DNA from: Patescibacteria group bacterium
GTDB taxonomy: Bacteria; Patescibacteriota; Dojkabacteria; GCA-002793355
Length of the DNA: 64,000 bases
Assembly (NCBI GenBank): GCA_016860985.1
Contig: BOKM01000001.1
Coordinates: 789,857-853,856 of the forward strand
Direction: 5' to 3'
Within the stretch, counting starts at the first letter, position 1. Each line of letters begins with the position of its first letter. The translations under genes and the position numbers were made by a program. Shown here in pieces: positions 27,187-35,863 of the stretch. Under the pieces are notes generated by a model that made no database searches, was not told the origin of the DNA, and was given only the letters and a program-made list of their open reading frames with translations.

Positions 27187-28721
27187 GAGGTCTTTTGCTT
27201 CGATTTATTGAAGTAAACGTGCTTAATCTTCCGTCTGTTTTCTGCAAATAATTCGTCGCCATTTTCGTGGAGCATCAATTTTGGAGAAAGTGATGCGGGA
27301 TTATTCTCATAACTCTCGCGATAATCTCTATTTACCGAAGAAAGGTGTGCGGCAAGATGTTTCTCTGTTGCTTCGAGTGTTTGAGCAGAAATCGTATTCG
27401 ATTTTTTCTGTGAGGTTAATTCTATATGTACGGTGAAACGCATTGCCTGGTTTTGGTCGTAGGTTGTGTCAAGATAGTAGGAATGGACAAATGAGGCGAG
27501 TGGAGAGCTAAACAGTCCGTGCTGCACATCTGCGGGGTAAATATTTGCTCCGTCGAGTGAAACCGTTCCGTCGCTTCGACCATAAACGATAACAAGTGGT
27601 AGTTTCATGGCCCTGGCAAGGTACTTCTTTCTCTCCTGATCGGTCAAAAGTGCTGCTGCTTGTTGGAAAGTGAGTAACTGCCCTGAGTCTTGCAAATTGT
27701 ATCGAATCTTTGGTGAAACGGTGTGTTGACTAATAAGTGTGTAAATCAATTCTCCTTTTTCGTTTCTCTCTATGTAGTAGATAAGTGGGTTATATTGGCC
27801 AATAAACAAAGGAACTCGATCATCTCCGAGAACTTGCTGCCTGAGCGCTGGGTCGTTTGTTAATTTTTTTCTTAATGTGATTGTAAGGTCGGTCTCGAAA
27901 GCAACGCCAATATCGATGTCTGATGCACCATATGCGGAATATACTTCTCCTTGCGAGCCTTTAATTTTCTCTCGCATAAAGTCGCGCCATCCTTCGGAAA
28001 AGCCTTCGCCACCAGTCACCAAGTTAACGCGATAATCAGACCAGTTAAGTCCCTGCTCTTCTCCGTAGTCGATAATCTCTTTTGTAAAAGGTGGATATCC
28101 GCAGATTATATATTCATTATCTCTTCCGAGCGTTTTTATGGTGTCGATGACATTCTCTTTACTGGTTCCAATCGCTTTCACAAGTGTGCTGTGCTGCGCG
28201 ATAAAAGCGAACTTAATGCCGGTTGCCCAGGGGCCATTGGACCAGCAGTTTAGAACTACGACATTCCTTTTGTGAAACGCGTTAAAGGTGTATTCAAGTG
28301 CAAACGTGATGAGTCGATTGAGCTTTACCTCTTCTTTAAACGATCGAATCCACATTGTTGCTTTGCCCGTACTTCCGGCTGATTCATCGATATTTCCAGA
28401 AAATGGAAGTTGTCCGTCGAGCAATCGTGAAAGTAAAGGGAAAGTCTGGATATAGTTTGATTTGGTTGTGAGCGGCAGTTTTTGGAAATCTTTTACGCTT
28501 TTTACAGTGGTGAGTTCAGCTCCATTTATTTTTAAAAATTTTGCATACGCAGGTACTTTTGGACCAATAGCTCGAACATATACGGCAGCTTTAAGTCTGC
28601 CGAGCATCGTAAATACTGCTGGAGGTGTATGCGTGACGGCGAACTTTAACACATACGGATTTATCATCAGAAGGGTCTCGAAGGTTTCGAGTAGCGTAAG
28701 GAGCAGCGTATACATAAGCAT
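27183..28721 (-). CDS. PaaK/CapK/F390-synthetase-like adenylate-forming enzyme (ANL superfamily)
   Basis: LPLTTKSNY and ESAGSTGKATMW (SSGTTGKPT-type AMP-binding P-loop) match phenylacetate-CoA ligase family; start/stop overlap with the flanking RR and HK genes. Confidence 0.7.
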   Translation of the reverse strand: MLMYTLLLTLLETFETLLMINPYVLKFAVTHTPPAVFTMLGRLKAAVYVRAIGPKVPAYAKFLKINGAELTTVKSVKDFQKLPLTTKSNYIQTFPLLSRLLDGQLPFSGNIDESAGSTGKATMWIRSFKEEVKLNRLITFALEYTFNAFHKRNVVVLNCWSNGPWATGIKFAFIAQHSTLVKAIGTSKENVIDTIKTLGRDNEYIICGYPPFTKEIIDYGEEQGLNWSDYRVNLVTGGEGFSEGWRDFMREKIKGSQGEVYSAYGASDIDIGVAFETDLTITLRKKLTNDPALRQQVLGDDRVPLFIGQYNPLIYYIERNEKGELIYTLISQHTVSPKIRYNLQDSGQLLTFQQAAALLTDQERKKYLARAMKLPLVIVYGRSDGTVSLDGANIYPADVQHGLFSSPLASFVHSYYLDTTYDQNQAMRFTVHIELTSQKKSNTISAQTLEATEKHLAAHLSSVNRDYRESYENNPASLSPKLMLHENGDELFAENRRKIKHVYFNKSKQKTS

Positions 28722-29276
28722 TTAGCCGAAAAGCAATTTCTTTTTTATATCGTCAAACTCTTGTTGAGTAATCACGCCTTCGTCTAAAAGCTTTTTGTAG
28801 CGCTCAAGCTTTTCTGCAATTATTTCGTCTTTATCTTTATCGGGAACTGAAGGCTTTACAGCTGCCTCGCTACCCTCTCGTGGTGTTTGGGTGAGCCCGA
28901 GCAATTCTTTGATCTTTGCAACTACCATTGTAGGAGTTGTGTTTGCTTTGACCATATATTCGGTCGCTCCAAGCGCCTTTGCTTCGCGGATATTTTCATA
29001 TTGACCAAGGTTGGAGAGTACAATAATAATTGCATCGATTTTTGAGTTGTTTTTGAGGGCTTTTAACACTTCAAAGCCATTCATATTTGGCATGAGGATG
29101 TCGAGAAGTATTAGCTGTGGGTGAACTTCGACTGCCTTTAAAATGCCTTGTTCGCCGTCACTAGCCGTTTCTACCCGAAAACCCTCTAGTGAGAGTTTTA
29201 GCCGATACATTTCGACTAAGTCTTGGTTATCTTCAATAATAAGGACGGTTGGTATTGTCTGTTTGGCGGTAGCCAT
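28722..29276 (-). CDS. response regulator: REC domain plus C-terminal SHOCT-like domain, no DNA-binding output
   Basis: VLIIEDN, LILLDILMP phospho-Asp site; C-terminus LERYKKLLDEGVITQQEFDDIKKKLL is SHOCT-like. Confidence 0.7.
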   Translation of the reverse strand: MATAKQTIPTVLIIEDNQDLVEMYRLKLSLEGFRVETASDGEQGILKAVEVHPQLILLDILMPNMNGFEVLKALKNNSKIDAIIIVLSNLGQYENIREAKALGATEYMVKANTTPTMVVAKIKELLGLTQTPREGSEAAVKPSVPDKDKDEIIAEKLERYKKLLDEGVITQQEFDDIKKKLLFG

Positions 29277-29524
29277 ACTCCATAATAGTGTATTAACTAG
29301 ATTAAACGATTATGAAGGATTTTTAGTGAGAAGTAAAGGAGGAATAGTTATAGAAAACGAAAGAAGGGAGAGGTGAGATTTTTTAGTATGGAAAATTTGA
29401 AAAAAAGGAGACAACTGTGAAGCAGAGAGAGATTTTATAAAGAATGGGGCATTTGATTCGTCTTGCGACAATTCAAAAATTTCTTCATAAACTCTTTCTG
29501 CCTCACAGCCGGTTGCGACTGCGC

Positions 29525-29755
29525 TTATTCGTTGGCTTTGGGGGCCCGCGAAAATTGCTTGCGCAAGTCGGAAAGGTTGGTGGTGATGGTAGTACCCAGG
29601 CTCTTGACGAAATCCTGTTCCAACACCCAATTGATGATGGTTGCGACGACCGCGGCGATGAGAACAAGGACGAGTCCCTGCCAAATCTTCCGCAGAAGTG
29701 AAGCCTTCCACCAATTTTTCAAACCCTTCAAAACGTTGTTTTCTTTCATGGCCAT
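29525..29755 (-). CDS. small (76 aa) single-TM membrane protein
   Basis: AAGGAG SD upstream of ATGGCCATG; one TM helix; lies in a locally GC-rich patch where all six frames are open. Confidence 0.4.
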   Translation of the reverse strand: MAMKENNVLKGLKNWWKASLLRKIWQGLVLVLIAAVVATIINWVLEQDFVKSLGTTITTNLSDLRKQFSRAPKANE

Positions 29756-30040
29756 GTCTCCTTTTTACAAAATGGTTTACTTGCAACGAACTAGGTGATC
29801 CCCAAATGTTAGGAACCTTCTAATTCGTTGCAAGTTGTCTTCAAGGAGTTTGTCCATGAATAAGTCAACGAGCTTTCTTCTCGAGCCCTAAGGCATCGAA
29901 AATAATATTGGTATTATAGGGTATTTAAAAAATCTTGTCAAGGGCTATAGGTCAAGGGAGAATTTCGGGGCAGGGAAATGATATACAAAAGTGCCAAGGT
30001 GGCGGGTATTTCTGTATATACTTCTCCTGCCCCGAAACGC

Positions 30041-30211
30041 TCATTGTGGAATTCTTCCGTTTAAGGAAAGTGACCAAATAACGAAGATTACAATAGCAAG
30101 GATTACCAGGCAGACGGTTATAAACACCATCCAGTGGAATGGGTGTACCTTGCTTGCTTCTCCGTCAAATATCATTTCCAAAACGCGGAAGAAAATTTCC
30201 ATGGGATCCAT
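30041..30211 (-). CDS. unannotated small membrane protein (56 aa), below the ORF-track cutoff
   Basis: Perfect SD (GAAAGGAGGTCCGAT-ATG); MDPMEIFFRVLEMIFDGEASKVHPFHWMVFITVCLVILAIVIFVIWSLSLNGRIPQ with one TM; followed by a GC-rich inverted repeat. Confidence 0.5.
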   Translation of the reverse strand: MDPMEIFFRVLEMIFDGEASKVHPFHWMVFITVCLVILAIVIFVIWSLSLNGRIPQ

Positions 30212-30371
30212 ATCGGACCTCCTTTCTTCTATTGGAATAGCAAAAGCCCCTTAAATAAGGAAATTTTTACTACTCCAACAGAAGAAGCTAATTCAATGAG
30301 CGCTTCTGAAAAAGCAAATAGTTGCATCCCTCAGAATACGTATTATAGGATACTATGGCGCTTCTTGGCAA

Positions 30372-31523
30372 CTACTCTACTGCCTGAATAAAAGCTGCTG
30401 CTGCGATCTCGACACTCCATTTTGCCGCGATATCCAGCGTTTTTTCTCGTAATTTTGCTTCCTCGCCCTTCTTTTTCAGTAACTCCTCTACTTCGGCAAA
30501 GGCTTTTGCGAGGGTGATTCCTTGGTTATTCTTAAGTAGAAACCGTTTGTCAATTTTGTTGACGAGTTCCTTTGCTCCAACATTCGGAGAAACAAGCGAA
30601 ACAGTACCTCTGCAGGCTGCTTCGGTAACCACAACACACCATGGATCTTTTTCAGAAGGCACCACATGAACGGTCATCTCGGTAAAGTATGCCGTCTTTT
30701 CGTCCTCTGTCGTTGCGTAGTGTACTACTTTGACTCGGGCATCTTGCTTGGCAAGAGCTTCAAGCGCTGGTCTCAAGGGGCCAGTTCCTACAAATAGAAA
30801 TCGTGCAGCAGGGTTTTTGTAATAATGAATTGCGTGCATAAATTCAATAAGCCCTTTTCTTTTTGACATGTACCCCAAGAAGCCGAATGTGAGGGGGGCG
30901 TTCTTTTTTCGCTTTTCTCCGGCTGATGCTGCGAACTCAGCTATTTCGTCTTGTGTGTAGGTTGCCTGCAAAGTACGAACAATTTTTTGACCTGCTAGTG
31001 GAATTCCAAGCGAAGCAAGATATTCATTTGTCATTGCGGAGAACGAGATAACGGTATCAACATTTGCTGCAAGAAGAAACGTAAAGGTCTTTTTGTAGAG
31101 ATCTTTTATCGAGCTGTCGCTGCCTTTTGGTAAGATATGTTCTTCCCATAGTAGGCGGTTTTTTCGTGGCACAATCGGGTTTAGGTGCCGAGCAATCCGG
31201 AGCATTGTAAAGTTGGTAGGAAGATTGTCGAGGTAAACTACTTTAGTATTTGGAGTAACAATCTCTTTGAGTTTTCGTAAGTTCTTCACCCACACAACTT
31301 GCTTGAGCGGTCCGACTTTTAATAGTCTTGTATTCTCCATTTGCAGTGAGGTGTAATTTTTGGTTGGTGCAAACGCTGCTTCGGTCCATTCTCTCCCTTC
31401 TTCTTGTGGTTTCTGCAAATATACGACGGTAAGTGTTATTTTTTTTGCAATTTCGGTAAAGAGTTTGTGACGGTAAGGGCTAAAATAGTTCTGAAAAATG
31501 ACCATTGTAGGTGTATTCTTCAT
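30372..31523 (-). CDS. GT4 (GT-B fold) glycosyltransferase
   Basis: C-terminal GT4 signature region EAACRGTVSLVSPNVGAKELV. Confidence 0.7.
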   Translation of the reverse strand: MKNTPTMVIFQNYFSPYRHKLFTEIAKKITLTVVYLQKPQEEGREWTEAAFAPTKNYTSLQMENTRLLKVGPLKQVVWVKNLRKLKEIVTPNTKVVYLDNLPTNFTMLRIARHLNPIVPRKNRLLWEEHILPKGSDSSIKDLYKKTFTFLLAANVDTVISFSAMTNEYLASLGIPLAGQKIVRTLQATYTQDEIAEFAASAGEKRKKNAPLTFGFLGYMSKRKGLIEFMHAIHYYKNPAARFLFVGTGPLRPALEALAKQDARVKVVHYATTEDEKTAYFTEMTVHVVPSEKDPWCVVVTEAACRGTVSLVSPNVGAKELVNKIDKRFLLKNNQGITLAKAFAEVEELLKKKGEEAKLREKTLDIAAKWSVEIAAAAFIQAVE

Positions 31524-32749
31524 TTCTCCATGTTTTTTGGCTTATGTGATTGTGTGTAGTCCATAATCGCGTCTATTGTTTCCTGGGCGGTTTTACCCCA
31601 GGTGAACGTACGCGCATGTGCGGCTGCTTTTTCGAGGTGTTCTTTCGGTATTCTTTTTTTGGCAGCTTGGTAAAGGAGAGGTTCTGCAGTTTCTGGCTTA
31701 TGAGGGTCGGCAAGGAGTGCATATGCTCCGACCATTTCTTGTACTGCTCCGATATTTGCGCTAATTACGGGTACTCCAAGAGACATGATTTCAATTTCTG
31801 GTAGTCCGCAGCCTTCAATGTATGAGAGTCTAAAAAGACCGAGCGAATGGACCGCATACCAAGGGAGATCTTCGTCTGGGATAATGGGCATAAGTACAAT
31901 GTTTTCGAGAATTCCCTCTTGCTTTGCGAGAGTAATGATACGTTTTTCGTCTTTTATTCCACCTGAAAATACAAGTTTTGTGTGGTTAGTATCTTCGTGC
32001 TTTCTGATAAAAGTTGCAAAAGCTTTGATAATACCCGGAATATTTTTGTTGTAATCATACCCTGCAAAATACAGGAAGTAGGGTTCTCTCATGGGTGCGG
32101 GGCGAAGAAGATGAGGCTTGGGACTGACATGCTCAAAAACGTTCCCTAATAGAATTGTTGCAATATCTTCTTTTCTTCCGACATATTGGCCGACCGCGTT
32201 TGTTGTGTCTGAAGAGTTGGTAACAATCAAATCGCTTTTCTTTAGTTCCTTCATGTATTGCTGGTATTCAATCCTTAAAAGTGGGTCGATTATAGGATTT
32301 TTGCCAAAGCGTTGGGTTTTAAGAGGTGCAAAATCGTGAACCATAGTTACTGTATAACTGGCATTTTTGCTGGTTAGTATTTGATGGCGTGGGAGAAAAT
32401 ATACCGTTGGTTCTTTTATTTGTGCGAAAAAGGCATCAGCTTTTGGAACTGCGGAGAATTTATAATAAAAGTATTTGAGTAAATTTCGTTTTTCAACCTT
32501 TGGGGTGATTGCAACATAATTTGTTTGTGGGTACTTATTCTGAAAGATTTCTCTAAAATCTGGGGTCGCCCCACCTAACACCGTTATTGCAGAAAAAGCC
32601 TGGTGAAGTTGCTCATCATTTTCTTCCCATCTTCGAAGAATTGCGTCATAAACTTCCATTGTGTAACGCCCAACTCCTCGACCTCGGTGCGAATCTTGTA
32701 ACGGAAAGCCGTTTAACACAAGATGTTTTGGCGCTCGTAAATCCAGCAT
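31520..32749 (-). CDS. GT4 (GT-B fold) glycosyltransferase
   Basis: E-x7-E region IEGCGLPEIEIMSLGVPVI. Confidence 0.7.
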   Translation of the reverse strand: MLDLRAPKHLVLNGFPLQDSHRGRGVGRYTMEVYDAILRRWEENDEQLHQAFSAITVLGGATPDFREIFQNKYPQTNYVAITPKVEKRNLLKYFYYKFSAVPKADAFFAQIKEPTVYFLPRHQILTSKNASYTVTMVHDFAPLKTQRFGKNPIIDPLLRIEYQQYMKELKKSDLIVTNSSDTTNAVGQYVGRKEDIATILLGNVFEHVSPKPHLLRPAPMREPYFLYFAGYDYNKNIPGIIKAFATFIRKHEDTNHTKLVFSGGIKDEKRIITLAKQEGILENIVLMPIIPDEDLPWYAVHSLGLFRLSYIEGCGLPEIEIMSLGVPVISANIGAVQEMVGAYALLADPHKPETAEPLLYQAAKKRIPKEHLEKAAAHARTFTWGKTAQETIDAIMDYTQSHKPKNMEK

Positions 32750-32752
32750 GGT

Positions 32753-34099
32753 CTATTGTAGCAGGTCAGTATCGATTTCTGCAGCAATTTTTTCACCCTC
32801 GCGTATCGCGTAGTTTGTTCCTCTGTCTTCGGGGAATATCTGCGCAAAGTTTGCGGTGTACGTGTTTGGAAAATCAGTTTTGTACGGTGGAATCTTTGAT
32901 TCATAATTGGTGTCAACAACGTGTTGTGCATGGGAAAACGTAAACAGTTGCTGTTCATGAATTTTTGTGCGATCGAATGCTGGAAATATTTTTTCTAAGT
33001 AATTAAACCACTCTGTTTGTATCTCTTCTTTCGAGGTGCTTTTGTTTAAGTAGCGATGAGATTGTGGCACATACACGCCAATGTAATACACGTGCTGGTT
33101 GTTATACCATTCAGAAGGTACAAGGTTTGTATGCTGTAAAAAGACTAAAAATGGCGAGTCTTGGTCGATAATGTTATGCCAATAATAGCGGGAAAGTGAT
33201 TGTTCAGACGAGAAAGCGAGAACAACTGCCCCAAGGTACTCAATGTTTGGCATATTTGCTTCGGAGGGCTTTGCTAAAAGTGATTGAAATGCCTGATAAG
33301 GGATAGTCGAAAGAAGTGCATCAAATTGTTCTTTACCCTTTTGACTTGTAACCCAAATCTCTTTTCCTTCGTACTCGATTGTGCTTATTGTGCTTGATTT
33401 TCGGACGACATCCTCAGTAGGTTTACCAACTAGTGTTGCTATTTTTTCTGCTAAAGTGATGGCGATTGAAAGAAACCCACCCTTTGGGTATGCAAGTAAT
33501 TCTTTTTCAAAAATACTTTTTCTTGAGTTTGCTCGAATATGAATCCTTGCCCAAAGCCACGCCATAGAAACTTTTGAAGAGTACTCAGCGAATTTTCCTT
33601 GTAATAGTGGTCCCCATATCTTTGACATAACTTGCTTGCCAGACCACATAGTCATCCATTCTTTGGCCGTTTTATTTGCAAGCGTACGCCAATTTTTGAA
33701 CTTTTGTAGAAAAAATAACACTGCACCTGCTCGAACTCTGTCGAGAAACGGCAACGGTTTGTAAAACAGAAGATCTTTTGCTCCATTAAACGGGAATAGG
33801 TCAAATGAATTTCGATTGTTTTTTACAGCCATACCCACTTTACTTTCAAACCATTCAAGAGGGGCTTCTAGTTCTTTGGCAATTGATAGTATCGACGTAT
33901 CTGTTTTAAAGAGGTGGTGGTATGCTTTTTCAAGCGGCGCTCCTTCTATGGTAAAGCCACCCGCAAGTCCGCCAATATCGGAAGATTTTTCAAATATTAC
34001 GACTTCGTGTCCTTTTTGCGCTAGGCGGTACCCCGCTGCAAGGCCAGTAAACCCAGCCCCTATAATTGCAACTCTCTTTTTAGTTACTGGGGTTGTCAT
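32753..34099 (-). CDS. FAD/NAD(P)-binding oxidoreductase (amine-oxidase / phytoene-desaturase superfamily; possibly sugar-modifying)
   Basis: N-terminal dinucleotide-binding VAIIGAGFTGLAAGYRLAQKGHEVVIFE. Confidence 0.65.
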   Translation of the reverse strand: MTTPVTKKRVAIIGAGFTGLAAGYRLAQKGHEVVIFEKSSDIGGLAGGFTIEGAPLEKAYHHLFKTDTSILSIAKELEAPLEWFESKVGMAVKNNRNSFDLFPFNGAKDLLFYKPLPFLDRVRAGAVLFFLQKFKNWRTLANKTAKEWMTMWSGKQVMSKIWGPLLQGKFAEYSSKVSMAWLWARIHIRANSRKSIFEKELLAYPKGGFLSIAITLAEKIATLVGKPTEDVVRKSSTISTIEYEGKEIWVTSQKGKEQFDALLSTIPYQAFQSLLAKPSEANMPNIEYLGAVVLAFSSEQSLSRYYWHNIIDQDSPFLVFLQHTNLVPSEWYNNQHVYYIGVYVPQSHRYLNKSTSKEEIQTEWFNYLEKIFPAFDRTKIHEQQLFTFSHAQHVVDTNYESKIPPYKTDFPNTYTANFAQIFPEDRGTNYAIREGEKIAAEIDTDLLQ

Positions 34100-34102
34100 T
34101 GT

Positions 34103-35023
34103 TTATGTCGAATGGGTAAGCAGTTTTTTTACGATATAGAGAGGCCTTCCCTGAACTTGTTGGTAGGTTCTGCCAATGTATTGCCCAACGGTTGCAAGCG
34201 ACACGAGAAGTACGCCAGTAAGGATGGTTGCATAGCTTAACGCAGTTACAAGCGTAGTTGAGGTAATAAGACCGATAATCACACCAATCATCCCTGCAAA
34301 GGCAAGCAAAGTACCAGAAGTCCCAATAAGCATTATTGGGGCAAGCGAAAATCCGGTAAAGGCGTCTTCTGCCAGCTTGAGCATTTTCTTTATTGAGTAT
34401 CCGGACTTTCCACTCTTACGCTCTTCTCTATCAAATAAAACGGCAGTTTGCGTAAAACCAACATAACTTACGAGGCCACGAATAAAACGGTGACGTTCTG
34501 GAAATTGCCGGAGTACATCTGCGACTTGTCGGGATATTAGCCTAAAATCTCCGGTGTCTTCCGGGATTTTAATATCAGCAAACTTTCTAAGAATTCGGTA
34601 AAACCAATATGCAGTAAACTTTTTCATGAACGAATCTTTTCGTGTTCGGCGTTTGGCGTATACCACATCATTTCCCTTTTCCCACTCTTTAATAAGCTCC
34701 AAACAAACACTCGGTGGATCTTGTAGGTCTGCATCTATGAAAATAATTGCATCGCCAGTCGCGTGATCTAACCCTGCAGTAATCGCCATCTGGTGGCCAA
34801 AATTTCGTGAAAAAGATAGCACGCGCACATCTTTATCTGTAGCAAAAAGCTCTTCTAGGAGTTTTTGAGAGTTGTCTTTACTACCATCGTTTACAAATAC
34901 AAATTCACATAAATAGTTCTGTTCAACTTCTTTTCTGAGTTTGGTGATTTCGTCATAAAGTGCGGGGATATTTGTTTCTTCGTTATAGATTGGGATTACC
35001 CACGAAATTCGTTTTTTCGTCAT
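34103..35023 (-). CDS. GT2 polyprenyl-phosphate sugar synthase (GtrB/DPM1/ArnC-like) with C-terminal TM helices
   Basis: SWVIPIYNEE, VNDGSKDNS, DADLQDPP GT2 motifs plus 2 C-terminal TM helices. Confidence 0.8.
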   Translation of the reverse strand: MTKKRISWVIPIYNEETNIPALYDEITKLRKEVEQNYLCEFVFVNDGSKDNSQKLLEELFATDKDVRVLSFSRNFGHQMAITAGLDHATGDAIIFIDADLQDPPSVCLELIKEWEKGNDVVYAKRRTRKDSFMKKFTAYWFYRILRKFADIKIPEDTGDFRLISRQVADVLRQFPERHRFIRGLVSYVGFTQTAVLFDREERKSGKSGYSIKKMLKLAEDAFTGFSLAPIMLIGTSGTLLAFAGMIGVIIGLITSTTLVTALSYATILTGVLLVSLATVGQYIGRTYQQVQGRPLYIVKKLLTHST

Positions 35024-35079
35024 ATTCGAATTATACCGAGGTCAGTGCACTATAACAAGGCAGAAAATGCTACAATAAA

Positions 35080-35862
35080 TTGATGCAGCGAAAAAAACTT
35101 TCTGACAAAGCTTCTCAAAAAACAACAAATGCTTCTGAAGCTTTAATAAAGCTGCTTTGCGTATTGGACGATATTTTCGACGGGCGCGTAGGTGGAAGAA
35201 AAATCCGCCATACTTTTTGGAAAGATTTAGTAAACGCGATTCTCACAAATGATGTTGCAACTGTAGCTGACTTGAATATGTTCATAAAAGAGGATGCAGA
35301 ACTGCCAAAAATTCGTCGAACATTTAAAGACTACGAATTAGAGAATGGGACACTTACCGCTCTTCTTGGGAGTTCACCCTCTGTGGCTTCTTTATTGCAT
35401 ACAGCTCTCTCTCTTTCTGCCTTTGCACAGCACGAAGATTTGCAGACTGATGTCATTACGCTTGGAGCATTTATGGTAAAAAAGAAGGAAGTGCAAGATT
35501 TGGTTACCTGTGTACGGCTTCTTCAGCAAAAAAAGAGGGTTCTTCCGCAATATTTTACTGCTTTTTCAACATTGCGAGATATGTGCCAAACCTATTCACT
35601 TGCAGGGTCACTTCGTTCCCTTCCAAACGTTACTCTTTCAATGACAGAAGGTGATTCAGATTTCAAAGAGATTGTTACTTCTCTTTCTCGATACTCGGTT
35701 TATAACGACGTTTTTGCGCTTGAAAAAGATACACATACAAGTCTGCAAGAGGTTATTGAAGATATTCTGGACATTTTTAAAGATTACTCCAAAGGAAAAC
35801 TCCGTGTTAATGCGTTAAAGAAACTCCCTTCAGTAGTAGAACTAGTGGTTGCCTCGCTATAG
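35080..35862 (+). CDS. hypothetical protein
   Basis: ORF only. Confidence 0.35.
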   Translation: MMQRKKLSDKASQKTTNASEALIKLLCVLDDIFDGRVGGRKIRHTFWKDLVNAILTNDVATVADLNMFIKEDAELPKIRRTFKDYELENGTLTALLGSSPSVASLLHTALSLSAFAQHEDLQTDVITLGAFMVKKKEVQDLVTCVRLLQQKKRVLPQYFTAFSTLRDMCQTYSLAGSLRSLPNVTLSMTEGDSDFKEIVTSLSRYSVYNDVFALEKDTHTSLQEVIEDILDIFKDYSKGKLRVNALKKLPSVVELVVASL

Positions 35863-35863
35863 C

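Noticed and set aside
29310-29800. Four mutually overlapping ORFs (158, 85, 111 and 76 aa) in one 500-nt patch
   Set aside because: A local GC-rich composition removes stop codons in all frames. Only the 76-aa minus-strand ORF has an SD and a TM helix, and the others are treated as artefacts. The patch itself is reported as a finding.
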